DNA of 64,000 nucleotides from Paragordius varius. Lineage: Eukaryota; Animalia; Nematomorpha. The stretch's first letter is position 1. Every line of letters starts with the position of its first letter. A model generated the notes under the pieces. The model worked only from the letters and a program-made list of their open reading frames with translations, was not told the DNA's origin and did no database searches. Below, piece after piece: positions 9,904 through 24,400 of this stretch. The translations under genes were made by a program, and so were the position numbers. Location: assembly GCA_964247055.1 (NCBI GenBank), contig OZ176054.1, forward strand, positions 9,176,001-9,240,000, written 5' to 3'.

Positions 9904-12900
9904 TCTTAAATTAGTCTTTTAAAACATATGGGTTTTACATTAAAAAAATTATAGCTGCTTTATGATCCACTTTTTGCGTATAAAAAAATAGGGGCATGAT
10001 AACTCCAGGCGAAAAGTGTTAATTAAAACTTCGATTCTGGAGTATGATCCAGATCTAACATTGGTATATACTAAAAAAGTGGTTTATATTGCATTTTTTA
10101 GTTTAGCTAAAGGACACGTGTCATGTGGACTTAATTATACCTTAACACTTAATTATCTATTTAATTTTCTATATAGTTTACTTTGTAGGGTCGTTTTTCA
10201 GGGCTTAATTTTTTTTAGTAAACTACAGGTTTGAAAGTAGTTTGAATTAAAAATTAATTACCAAACATTGATCTCATGTATTAGACAACTAATATTTTTA
10301 CATTTTTGTGACTTCCAGAGTATAATAGGACAGCCCCAAAACACGATTAAAACGAACAGCTAATATTTAAATCAAAATATCAAGTTTTTGCTAAAATGTA
10401 CCCTGAAAGCTTTTTTAAATTATATCTATATTTAAAGATAATATACAATATTTAGCCTTTTGTTTTTAAAAAATTTATGGAATAACAGCAAAAAGGAGTG
10501 AGTTGAGAATTTTTAATTTCAGATAACCCAAAAGCTTTCTATTATGACTCAACATAGCATGAAGATTTTTATCAAAATTTTGCTAAATATTAAATTTAGG
10601 TACGCATTTTTCAAAAAATTTTAGTTTATATCAAAATTTAGCTTATATAAATTTTTTTATCACGCATTCCCTGCATTTTGCGTTTATTTAAAGAGGACAA
10701 GCCCAATCAAAAAAATTTGGGGCCCTCAAAGATCAAACCTAAGAATTTAAATTTTTTGAAAATATTGTTTCGCATTTTATAGGTAGTTTATGATATATTT
10801 TAGTGATATTTTTTGGTAAAGCCTTTAGCTTTCACAAAAAAATTTAATTAAAAAATTTGCGCAAATTTTGTCATTTTCTAGTTTGTAATCACACCTGTGT
10901 GATTATCTTTAACCAGCTGATCCTGATAAATATATATATATGACGTATTATTTTTATGGACATTCTATACATGAGAAAAATGGTTATTAATCAAATTTTA
11001 ACTAAAATAACTTTCAGAACATTAGTTTAATTACAAATTGAGCTTTGGGATATAGAAATATGTCATCGCGAACAAAAAAGTGAATAAACATGAAATTCAA
11101 AGTGTAAATTAAAATATGAACTTTCATAAAAATATAAAATCTTGAAAGTAAATTTTTATCATAAGTAGCTTCTTAATTTGTTTGGCCTCTATGTAATTTA
11201 TTTTTATAATTAAAATATTTACAGTTTGGATAAGTCAATGAGAATTTATATTAAACGAATGGAAGACTAGAGCAGTAGGATAAAATAAGTTAGTATATAA
11301 TTCATTAACGTTTTTTTATTTTTAAACAATAAGATTTTTTCTTCTTTGTGTGCCAGCGTTGTGATTGGTTTTTAATGAGACCCAATAAATCTGTATATTC
11401 CGACAGCTACTAAGTTTCATACATGAAATTAAATTGATTTGAGAATCTCTCTTTATAATATTTAATTAAAATATCTAGATAAAATGTAATGATAAAGAGG
11501 CTTCATACATTGTATCCACAAAAAATATCCTGATAAAATATATAAATATATTATGAAGGTATCGGGATGCTCATGGTGCTTTCGGTTTTGGTCCTACGGG
11601 TATTTTAACACTTCATTACATTTTCATTTTGTATTCTGTAAGTTTAGGGAAAGTTTTGTACCCAAAAGTAGTAAATATATTACTATTTTGAAAGCTGTTT
11701 TGTTTATATCACATTTTATAACCTTATGGGGTTGTTCCATACCAACAAGGCCATTTAGAATTGATTTATCCAAAATATTTTAGCATTGGCCAAATTTAAA
11801 TATGCTTTTAGCATTTTAGTCGAATGATACAATTTTATGTAAAATTGTAAAAAATTTCACCTCAAACTCTTTCGCTGCCAATTTTTAAATCGGGAATACT
11901 ACACGCAAATAACTGTTTATCATGGTAGAAATATAAAAAATTAACTTTAAACAAATTACAATTTACTATAACATTTTTAATATAGATTATAATATCTGCT
12001 TTAAGTTTGTTTGCAGCTGCCTGAGTTTGTGTCTATAGAAACTCAGTAAAAATCCAAGTTTTTTTTATCTAAACAGAAGAAGAGAGTTTAATAATTAAGT
12101 TTAAACAAAACAACTTACAAAGTTATTTTTGCCATTAAACCTATGGGGATGGGGAATAAACTATCCCAAATGTCATAACGGATCCAAAAATTAATATGTA
12201 CTGAAATATTAATTATCCCTTTTCTCGTATATAACACAATTGGAATTTATTTTATTTTATATCGCTTACAATAGGCAAATAAGTGAAATATAAATAATTA
12301 ACTTTACTAAGCTTTCATGTTGCATTTTAGCATAAACATGTTATTTATAGATTTAGAAATCAACTGTTTAGTTTAATCTTGTTATGGAGGTGTAATCTAG
12401 TTTTATTTTTTATTTGAATCATTGAGAATCCACTTTAACATGAATAAGTTGATCCAAAAGGAAAATATGTATGGCAATTTGAGATGATATTAAGCAATGT
12501 GTTTTATTCAAATTACCTGGATATTAAGATTAAACAATGATTTTTTTTGTTAAATCATACTTTAATTCCAATGCGTCTTCTTGTTTCTATGAGAAGAGTG
12601 TTTACATCAACTGTAAATGTATTATAAGGTAAATAATCATACAGATAAAAAATCTGGATAAATTCCTCCACAAGAAACAAATGATCATTTATTCAATTAA
12701 TAATAAACGTATTGTTAGATATTATAAACAAATTAAAGGTCGGAAACTTTCAATATTTTTAACCTTTGAAATCCATAAACGCATTTTTCCGATATTTGTT
12801 TTAATCATTTATGTTTCCTTGTATTTTTGGCTTTTTAAGGCTTTTTTTTATAATATTTAGAAAGAACCAGTGAAAAAAAAATTAGACACAATATGTGTTA

Positions 12901-13679
12901 ATTTGACAATCTAGCAATGATTACCTCCCTATACTGTTCTATAATTTAAATAAATTACATTAATCAATTATCAACAATACTCTAAACATTTTGTTTATTT
13001 TCATAAATTTAGGGTTGATTCTCCGAATTTTTGACCCTACCCCTAGATTTTTTTACGCCCCTTTAAGAAGCTTTGCCTTCCTTTTGTGCTATAAGATATT
13101 ATAAAAACACAGTTTCTATATAATTCAGTGATGCTAAATATATCTGTCACCTATAAATAACTTTTTATCGCGCAATATGTTTGCGTTTATTTTAAGAGAA
13201 GTCCATTTTTAAAGGCCCAAACAAATTAGTCTTTCAGCGCCCACATCTAAAATTTAAAGTATAATAATATTGTATTTCTTTCGTTTGTTTATGGTGTATT
13301 TTGGTTGTATTTCTTTTAATAAAGCACATCTCGACAAAAAAATGTGAAACAACGGTGCAAATTTTGCCATTTTAGCTTTCTTAAATCGCTCATACTAAAA
13401 AAGATTTTATTTTTGTGGCTATTGTGTTATCGGCATAATTTTATTTAATTCCTATCACTAAAAGTCTTATAAAACAGCTAAATGCTTAAAATTAGTTTTT
13501 TGAGTTTATTTTTTTTATGGGCAACGTATATCCAAATTTTTGAGGATTCTTAAAACTCATAAGTTTATCTATGCAAAAATTAAAAATTATATATTTGTTA
13601 CTCTAAGTTTACAAATTTATTATATCGCTTTGACTTTATTAGGATTGTTAGTTTTTGCAGCCAAATTATTCTTTGGTAA

Positions 13680-13860
13680 AAGATATAATATATGGAAAAG
13701 TAACTGGGATGAGAGGAATATGCCGAAGTTATATGGGTTCGATGGAAGAAATTTTATCAATATCTGAAATATCTTTAAAACTATATCTAAAAGCCCAAAG
13801 AACCGAGTGAAGGAAGGCAACGGTCGATAATCGATTACAAGCTGTCGATAACAACCGCAT
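13680..13860 (+). mobile_element. RTE-type LINE 3' fragment
   Basis: Similar to 25975-26140 (GGAAAAGTAA..., CTAAAAGCCC, GGTCGATAATCGA); non-coding and degraded. Confidence 0.4.
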
Positions 13861-14205
13861 AATCGTCATTTTTCATTGTTTTATCAAAAGATGATGCTCA
13901 AAGTAGTTTTAAAGGGTCTACAAAAAAACTATTGGGAATGGATATCTAAAGGATTTATAACCTTAAGCAAGCTTTATGGCATGTGTAAGAAGTTAATGGT
14001 AACAAACATAAATTTCTAACGATATTAAATGTGTTTTTTTATAAAAGGTAATATTTTACTAAAGAAGTTTATAGCTTTACAGAATAATTACATAAATTAG
14101 GGAATATTGAATGCTATATTTTAATATAGCATTTTTTGAACGTAATAAAATTACTTGAAACAAATGACTGTTAAAATCATATAGACAGTGCCAAAAAATA
14201 TTTTG

Positions 14206-14236
<31 letters not shown>

Positions 14237-15474
14237 GACCTTACAAATACCCAAGTTATTATGATTTTTGTAACAAGTGCTGTATATGTATAGCAGTTGA
14301 CAAAATTTGACATTCTTCTTAATAAGTTTTTTGATCAAAGGCTTCATTCCAAAAATATCATTAAAAATTAGAAATGATATATAAAAAACAAAAACAATTT
14401 TTTAAAACTAATGTGGGCTTCGAAGGTCTAAAATTTTGGACGCATGGACGATTCTCAATCTAAACGCGAAATTGCCGTTGAGTGATAAAATTCTTAAATA
14501 TGGGTTAAAATTTGACATCAAAAAATCAAAAAAATACTTTACTTAAATTATAGCAAAATTTTGATAAATAGACTTTTATCGAATTTTGGAGCAAAGTGGC
14601 CAGAATAAAAAAACATTTTAAGATATTATTTGTCTATATAATCCTATGTTAAACATTAATATCTCAATCGTTTAAATAAAAAATCGGTAAGTTTAATATA
14701 ATTTTTTAACCAAATATAATTTCAATTTAACGTTAAAAGAATGAATTATAAAGAGTGTTTTTATTAAATCAAGTATTTTATACCGTTTCCACCATGCAAA
14801 AAATAATGAATCTAGCTAGCTTCATTAAATTTTGCAAAATATTTTTTTGGGAAAAAACTTGAAGTCAAAGCACAATTTAAATTTTTTATCGTGTAATTTC
14901 GTGATTTTTGCCTTTAGTTAAAAAAACTTGAGTTGAAACGGGTCCAAAAAATTGTGACTTTTGGAATTCACATATAAAACTTATTTACAAATAGTTTTCA
15001 TCTTATTTTAAAATAGCTTTAATAATATTTTTGGAAATTAAGCTATCATCAGATTTATGTGGATTTGAGCTAATTTTGTGATTTTATGATATAAGTAATT
15101 ATCCCTTAAAAGCAAATAACATTTTTATGTTACTCTTAAGGCCCAAAACCAAGAAGACCATGATAATTATGATGCTTACTTACCTATTAGAATATATATA
15201 TATATCATCAGAATTTTTGTTATCTCGCCCGATTTTGTGCGCAGTGAGATGATTGATAAAAGATATATTCAATAGGTCTACAATTATGATGTAAAATGTC
15301 GCACGCTAATATATATAAATATTGCAAATTAATTTACTAAGCTAAATTGTCACATGATCGTAAATGAGTATATTAAAATAAATAAATGAGTTAAATAAAT
15401 TTAGAAACTAATAAAGGCTCAAAAAATGTATGTATGGATGCAAGGTGTTTATTATAGGATATTATTGCCCTTAG

Positions 15475-18400
15475 CTATTTTTTCCACCAATGAGATGATA
15501 CATTATGACTATTATTTTTGGTTGTTTTATTAATATTTGTATTATTGGTATAAGAAAATTGATTCTTTACGGGTACATTATCACTATTTTCGGCTATAGA
15601 CTTGTGGGAATGAACATCACTTATAGATTTCCGTGATTGTATTGACGGTAATAAGGTTGGTGGAGCACCAACATTTAAAGGTGTGGACATAGGTGGAAAT
15701 TTTTTATCTTCAAAACCACGAATCAATTGTTGAATGGAAGGTGCAAGACTAGAATCTAATAATAAAAATATTCAATAATTATCGATGAAAAAAACATTTT
15801 ATAATTGACTATTTGGTGTGATAAAAAACAATTACTACTAACCAACAATATTGGTTAAATCTTGTAATGGGGCATGGGAAATGGTATTAGGTGTAGGACT
15901 TTCAGGCGTACTACTGCCATCGATTCCGCGCCTAGTAGGAGGTAAATCACTGACTAAATCGGGTATATCGAGAGATAATGATCGGTTGTTGTTAATAGTA
16001 TCTTTAATATCGCTAAATTGGTTATGATCCACACTTAGATCCTGCTTAAATTTTAGATTGTCTTTTTTATCGCGTAAATCATAAAGTTGAGAAAAAGGTC
16101 GTGGTGTAAATGATACTAATCCTGGTTTTTGATTTCTAGAGCCCACATTATCTTTGGCAAACATGACGTCCTGATGGAAACCTAAGTGATCATCATCGTC
16201 AATGTGCTTTATCAAAAGAGGGCTATGAGCTGTTCCATCATATGGAAATTGATATTGTAAATGGGAATTACCAGGGGAATGAAATTTATCACTCAAAAAT
16301 GAAATATTGTTAGGGCTTCGTGGAATTTCATGGGAAGACGTTGTTGTATTGGATTTATAAGTTACATTACTATTTATAGCGGAGGGCGTGTAATTAGTAG
16401 GGAAGCTTTTGTCATCACCACTTATGACAGATGCAGAGGAATCACAGCTATTGTTAAGCGAATCCAAACTTCGTAACATATTGCTTGGACTGCGTATTCG
16501 CTTAATAGGGGGTGAAATAATGAATGGGCTACCATTCGTCCCGGATGTACGATCGGGTGAATTATAAGTAAATGAAATTGTATTTTCCGGACCTTCTTCT
16601 TTCGATACCTTATGTTGAGTCCAAGCCTCCTGTCGCTGTAAGGGAGTCATTTTTCGCCGAGTGTCATTAATAAATGAATCCGTGGATGTAAAATCACCTC
16701 CTGTAATAACACTCCCTGATGGTGTTCGAAACAAACGATTATCATCTGATCCGGTCAAAACAGGCGTGTCGAAAGTTTTTTCATAGGTGTTTTGTGGCAT
16801 GTGTGATAATGTTGAATGGACAAGTCCAGTATCAGATGTGTATTGTCGAAATTTATCTATAATTATACATGCATAAAAATAGCTTTTATAATATCAAAAT
16901 TATCATAAGAGTTAAGGTCAAATTTTTATTATCGAAAGGATGTTTTTTATTGTCACATATCTGTCAAATATTAGATACTAACAGATTAAGTTTGCTAAAA
17001 GCATATAATATCATTTACGTAATAAAGAGGCACGTTTACTCATTCTTTTTTATTAAAATCGGGAAATACTAAATGTATTAGCATCGTTCATATAATTCTG
17101 GAATACCATTTAGTAATTTAGATAGTCCTTTACAATGCCGAGTCCTTTAAATATGGATTTCAAGAAACAATTTTTTTATCCAAATACATAGCGATGATTA
17201 CGAATCGATTGGCAAAAAACAATATAAAAAATGCAATTTATGCGATTTATAAGTAAGAAACACATTTAAAGTATGCGGTTTTATTTTATTAAATATAGTT
17301 AATTTTAACAAAATAACATTTAATACTTATTAAAGCGGGAAGGTGTAGGCACATATCCAAAATACTTCAATGATATTATAAAAAAACTAATAATTCAAAT
17401 CATAGAGAGTTATAACACAAAATAGATTTTTCTAAATACAAGTAGGTTTGAAAATAATTGAAAAAATTATATATATAAACCTTCAGAAAATTTTGAGCCG
17501 GGTAGGAGACAGTTAGCCAAAACATTAGTAACTCTGGATGTGGTTTGTGAACTAATGTTTGATTGCCCAGATATGGATGGAGATATAGAGGTTGAAATAA
17601 TCGATGTATTTGTAGTGCTACTACTTACTGTAGTTGTTGCTATAGGATAATTGCTTGAGTGAACAGGCATTTGAGGAGAGTTGGTGGAAAGCAAAGGGGA
17701 TGACCATAGAGACGATGTCATTTTGGAAAATCTATGAAATTATATAAAATTATATATGCAATCAAACCTTTTTTACGCAAAAAAGAGATATTTCTGATTC
17801 GGATGTCAGCTCTTATGGAGATTGGGGTTAAAATGCAACCAAAGTTTTTTGAGCGGAAAAATAATACACACAAAAAAATGTTGCTTTTTATAACGCAAGA
17901 AAAAAATCAGTCATTCGAATTTTTAATTTTTCACCAATGTTCTCGATTATAAATCTTAATAACATATAAATAATTTCCAATTGTTCAAAAAATAACCAAA
18001 AGTTATATTTTCACAAAAAGCTTTGCAAAAAGGTGGTGACGGTCGACAAAAAATTATTTTAATTTAATGTTAAAACAAACTGTTTTAAATAAAATTTCGT
18101 TTAATCATTTGGCATCCAACGACGGATATTTAATTCATGAACCAACCAGACAATATTCATTGTAAGAATAAAATATTAATTGTAACAAGTTACTAATCAA
18201 TACACCACCTAAATCTCTGCCTTATTTTCATAACTATGTTGTTACTTACATATTACGTATTGCTTACTATTAACAATTAATTTACATACTAAATAATGAT
18301 ATTGCTTATCCTTCATAAATATTTATAATTTTTAAAATTTATTACAGAGAAGAATATGATGCGGCGTCTGTGCCTTCCGTTGTGACCGGAACAAAGTAAA

Positions 18401-21400
18401 TAAAATTGGTTGGCACTAATCCCTCTTTCATGATATCAGCGGTACCATGTGCTAAAAAAGATTGCGTTTTAGCTGGACCTATTTGGGGGGAAATAAAGGA
18501 AAGAAACAATAAAAAATTAATTAGAAGAGTAAAAAATGAAATTGCACGGATAAAATGTAAAACTTAAAGTAAAATACCATACTTTTTACCTATGTAATTA
18601 TAATTTTGAAATAGATAATTGAATGTTTACATTTTGTTTATTTATTGTAAATACGATAGATAGGAAGAAAATGACATAAATAGGGCGCACCTCAATGATT
18701 TTTGTGTCCAAAAATTTTCCAAAGAATGTTAAAAAAATCCCAAAAATTGTAGATTTAATTGGCATATTATGATAATTCATAAAACATGTTATCATCTAAA
18801 TTACAGTTCAAACTAAAAAAACAATTAAAAAACTAAATCGATGAGGCCTGTTTAGCCGCCATTTGTGTGTTAAACGTAGGTCCCCGTAATATAAAACATA
18901 GATATAAACTTTCAGTTCCCGCATCTATTGCCGGACCGGGAGGTTTTATAAGCGCAACTCTCCACCATTCAGGTCCGACTTTTTTGATAGGTCTCATAAT
19001 ATCACCCTTGTTAAAACTCAATTCATCCGGATTACGGCCTGTGAAATTGAATCGGGCTACCGCCAAAAACGAAGGTGTATGCAAAGCCTTAATGTTAGAC
19101 AAATCTGTGTGGCAAATAATTTTTATATATATATGCCATAGATTTAATCGATGTTTGTTAGTTAATATAATAATAATAATCTAACATTGTATGTATTGAA
19201 AAAAAGTAGTGAGATCAATTAATTTCTATTTAAAATATTTGAGTAAAACATATAGACATCAACCATTTACAATACTCGTAAAATGTATGTGGCCAACAAA
19301 GTCCTATTCCCACCTCCCCGCGGTGTTGGCTGGGGCATGAGAATGCGCTAACAGCAAAGGCCAGTTTCTAATGCTTTGTGAAATCATTAGTTGTGCACAA
19401 GGGCAGTTAAGTAAAAAAAATCGTTTAAATTTACCAGGAAGTATAAATATTATGAATATGAATTTCGTGTCATGAAAACTCCGAATCCGGAGTCCAACCC
19501 TTTATAATGATATATATATATATATATGTAATAACTAACTATTTGTTAAATTTAATACTTTTTATATCAGAAATCCGTCGTGATTCATGCCTTTTATGAT
19601 GAAGCGGTGACAATGATTTTATAGGATTTCGTAGATAATTAAATTCTGTGTCGGCACTTTGCCTTTTTTTTGAATTTGCTATAAATACATATCATTATTA
19701 TAAACCAAAATTTGTAAAAAACTAATTAATAAATTAATAAATAAATTAGCAATTGTTCATAAAAATCATTACCCTTTAAGCCTGTTTCACCATCATTTTT
19801 CCCAGTCATGGAACTAAGATAAGGGATTCCCGAAGTCGCTGAAAACAAAAAGGAAAGTGATGGCCTTCTACTAGTATCTTTCATTTCTCCACCACCTATG
19901 GTATGTCCATAGGTATGTGGCGTGTCCATAACATTATTCAGTGTTGTGCTAAGACCACCCTTTTTGCCGGTTGATAACAATGTATCTTTTTTTGTGTTTT
20001 TTGACACAAAACTGTGGGAAAGACCAAGTTTGCTTGGTGAGACGTGTTTGGATTTCTCAAATGGACTACTTGTTTTGCCACTCGTTTCAGCCGTAATAAT
20101 TGGGTATCTGATTGTTTGTGATGTACTAATCTGAGTATTGGTGTTATCATTATCACTTTCACCTCTACCTGGTGGGGTATTGGGTGTCGATTCTGAAGAA
20201 TAGCTATTAGCGGCCAAAATAGTCGATTGTTCAACAGTCGATCCGGTCAGGATATGATTTGGTTTTTGTGATTGAGTCGACTTTGTGGTTGCTGGAGTCA
20301 CTTTCCGTTTTTCCGACACGTTAAAACTATGTGAAGTATGTAGGGGTATTGATGGTTTGCGAACCTTGATAGATGGAGTACGTGTATTGTTAGTATCAGA
20401 TGTGTCTATATTATTTTCACAAAAATTATTGGTTAAGTTTATTTTCTGATAATTAATATAAAAAATACTTAAAGGTGTGTGGATAGGTACTATATTAATA
20501 TAAGACAAATGCTTTGTACATATATTAACAATATGTATAGTTAAAGTGAAAGAAAGCAAAAAAAAATCATGCAGTTTACACCTTTCATTATTAATCTCTA
20601 TATTTAAGCATTTTCTACTTTTAACTGTACATATAAAACTAACTATTTGAATACTACCAAGTAAAATCTCATCTTTACTACTATCATTGTCCAATTGTTC
20701 ATCCATGTCTTCTTGAACGTTAGTATTTTCCAACAGGTCATCATTGTCATCGAATGTGCTTGTGTTCAGTTCATCTCCCCCACCAACATTGGTGCCTTCA
20801 ACACCTGTGTTAACATTTTCGGTGGATGCGGCATATCGGCAATACTTATCGTAGAAGGGACCCTCATCGGCATAATAATTGTTCCCAGCACCGAGTGCTA
20901 AATTATGAGAATGTTTAATACTTTGGTGAGCTACTAAAACGAAATACACATTTTGTCTACTACGTGTAAAATTAATATCCACATAGTTGTATAAAAAAAT
21001 TAATCGTGTGTTAAAGATAGGGGAAAATGTACAACAATTTCAATCATTAGTTGTATTTTTATCTATAATAAGCTATACTGTATTACCAATCGGCCAAAAA
21101 GAATGTGAATTGATCAATATTAATGTGGATACGGTGCATTCATTACCCATTATATTTTTTGGCCAATTGGTAATGAGCAGTAGTGCGTATGGTATATAAT
21201 ATTTCCACATAATTGAACAAACAAATTTAATTGTGGTCTAGGATAGCAAAAATATACAATGTCACACCATGTTGATAATTTTCCTATGCTTTACTGTACA
21301 CATTACCCACTGTAGTTTTGGTAAATTGGTCATATAGATGTGGCGTGCGTATGGTACAAAAAAATATCCACATAATTGAATAAGCAAATTGTGTTAAAAG

Positions 21401-24400
21401 ATAGGGGAAAATGTACAATGTCAATTATTAGTTGATGATTTTTATCATACGCTATACTGTATAATCGATTGGCCAACAATTAAACAGGTATTGTATTTTT
21501 ATAAATGCATCGTTATAATGCATTATGAAATCTGTCTGGGCAATATAGGAAAATTTTAAATAGTTGGCATAGTTAGCTAATATATGTAGGTTTCATTTTA
21601 ATATCAATTTTCGTTGATCTAAGAAACAAAAATCTACGATATAATACCATTGTGGAGTTCATACAATTCGGATTTATTCCATCACATTTAATATTATGAG
21701 AAATTTTAGAATAAAGTAATTTAAAACATTAAATCAAAAAAATTTAATTTTAGGCAAACAAAAAAACCTTTTATGATATCTTGTGGACCAGCTCCGCTCA
21801 AAATAGCGTTTATCACATTGGATTGATATGCGGGTTTAACTGATGTTGTGGGAGTAGTATTAGAATCTTCAGTGCCTGTTGTAACACCTTCTTGACTTCC
21901 ATCCTTTGTTGGGCCAACTAAATTTTATTTCAAAAAATATAGACATTTATTAAGTTATATATATTAAAAAATTGGTTTGTACATTATAAATATTATATTT
22001 ATAATTAATTATTCTCAAGATTATTATATTATGTATATTATAAGTTTTAGAAGCGATTTTCCAAGAAAATCTAAAAAATATTTGGCATAATTTTTTGATA
22101 ACATTTGAAGAATATACTTAAAAGAACGTGTAAAGCAACTTTTTTACTTTATATATAGTAAATAAATTAAGGGAAATAAAGTGTAAATTAAACAATTTAA
22201 ACGTAATTTGTTTATTATCCCGTTGTTTTTTCAATTGAAAATAAAAAAATTAAATTAAAACATTCAACATTTCACTGAATTCGTCTTCAAATCCTATCCA
22301 AATAGTATTACCGTATTTTTAGTTTTTTTTTGTAATTAGTTAATAAATAGAGCTACCGATTTTAGGCACATGAACGGGGAAAATGAAATCCTGTTTCGTT
22401 ATAAGGACTCGTATTAACTCATTAACCGATGCCTGGTAAGTTACTTGGTCTCGGTCGGATGGGATTGGAATTAACGTTGGTCCAAAACACACGGCCAAAT
22501 TGTAAGCGTCCATCATATTTTCATCGCTGTATTGGGAGAGGTGATTCAGGAAAGCAAACAGATATCTATAATTTATAATTCAGCTTTTATATAAGGCAAG
22601 TAAATAAAATAAAAAGACAAATATTATTTCTAAGGCAGCCGTGTGTTTTGTTAGACCTATATATAAATATATATCCTATCGTTTTGAGTAATGAATAGAG
22701 ATATAAACAGTAAAATTTTCAATTGTATCATTGATGTTATCTAAAAAATTAAGGTGTCAAAAAGTATGGTTTTTATAAAACATTATTTGTCGCTTTTAGT
22801 TTTTTCCGTATTGCCTATATAATTTTTAAATACTGTAAATAAAAAACAATAATAATTTTTAAACAATCAAAACATTAGCATTCAAAATATATTTTAAAAA
22901 TATACATTTTTACCTTATCGTTAGGTACACAGATTTCGGTAGCGTTGATAACAAATCCTTCAGTTCCTGGAGGTATTCATCTGGATCTATATAAATGACA
23001 TTGAGAAAATAATGAATTTAATAATTAAATTTTTAAGGAGATTATCATAGTTTTAAGTTTGGCTAAATTTTTATATTAAATTAATTTTCAATTTGTGATA
23101 TTTATTGGTTTGAGTAAGTATACAAAGCTGGTTTTATAATTATTGCCAGAAAGCATATATATTTTTGTAATATAAAAATAACGGATTGGTTATGTTTTGT
23201 AATAGCAGTTAATAAAATTCGTAAGATAACGATAAAGGAAAATTAAATAGAATTAAATGAAAGTATAAATAGAAATTACGATATGTGACACCCTTCGTCA
23301 ATAGTAATCGCAGACTAGTTTCGTGCTTGTTAGCACTCATCAGTACGACACAACTATTTGACTTGGGGTTTTCACATATCGATTTTCGCTTTTTACTGCT
23401 AATAGTCAATAATATTTTTTATGCTGCATATGCGTTTTTTTATGTAAACTGGAACTTGATGTGTTAATAAACAGATATGTATATTCGTTGACCACTAGGA
23501 TTATTTCGTTATTAATCCGTAGCCAATCATGGGGATAGGGGGAGTTGATGTGTAAGATTTTAGTTTTGTTGAGATTCAGTGGTAGATGAATATTTTGCAG
23601 ACATTCATAAAAAAGAGAAAATTGTTTTCGATACTTTTTTGTGAATTGGCTAAAATTACCGTGTCGTCGGCATAATGGAGAGTTGTGAGTGTGACCGCCT
23701 ACTTTAATTACTGGCAGATTTAGCTCCTTCATGATACATTCCAGATAGATGTTGAACAATATATGGGGGATAAAATGCACCCTGGATGTAAACCCGTGTT
23801 TATTGTGCTCTAGGCGGTCTGGCCATGGCGGCTGCTAAGTGGTAGGAATGAATTAGCGTATATGGATTTGATTAGATTGATTAGGTGATCGAAACGCCTA
23901 TTTGTTTAAGCTTTCCAGAAAATGTCGTACGGTATCGAAGGCTTTAGAGAAATCCACAAAGCATATATGTAGCTGATTTTGAAGTTCACATTTTTTTCCA
24001 TCAAATACTTGAGATCATGGGCATCCACTTTTTTCTCTAAAGCTTGCATGCGTCAATAAGATCGAGGTGGCATTGATTAGGAAACAATTCATTATTTTTA
24101 GAAACACTTTTTAAGTTTGTGGTAGGATAGTTTTCGCATAGGAATCGCCCTTTTTGAATATCGGGACGACTAGTGTTCCAGTCCGCCACTGAAGATTATT
24201 TAGTAGCTGTATAAAAATATCGTTAAATTCCCCAGGCCGAGTGATTGCATCAGGACCCATTTGATTTCGCTTTTTAGCATTGGTGGTTCGTTAGTTTGTT
24301 CAAAATTCATAGCGATTTTATTTGACTGTTTTGTGAACATATTTATTCTTCCTAAAGTTTAAATATTACTTTCTTATCGGTTAGCAGTTTTCCATTTGTG

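Noticed and set aside
8459-9922. Short ORFs overlapping CAP-H2 (8459-8668, 8598-8810, 9701-9922)
   Set aside because: Antisense or alternative-frame shadows of a long real CDS; the same applies to the shadows over srGAP and the LRR genes.
17740-18260. Possible CR1/L2 LINE relic (RDLGGVLI.., FNPNL..) in a srGAP intron
   Set aside because: Too degraded to support without a profile search.
19726-20982. 418-aa ORF as a stand-alone gene
   Set aside because: It is two srGAP exons joined by a stop-free, in-frame 252-nt intron (20657-20406) with GT-AG ends and intron-like composition.
22270-22300. Possible micro-exon (GFEDEF) in srGAP
   Set aside because: The flanking exons join in frame without it and the splice signals are ambiguous.
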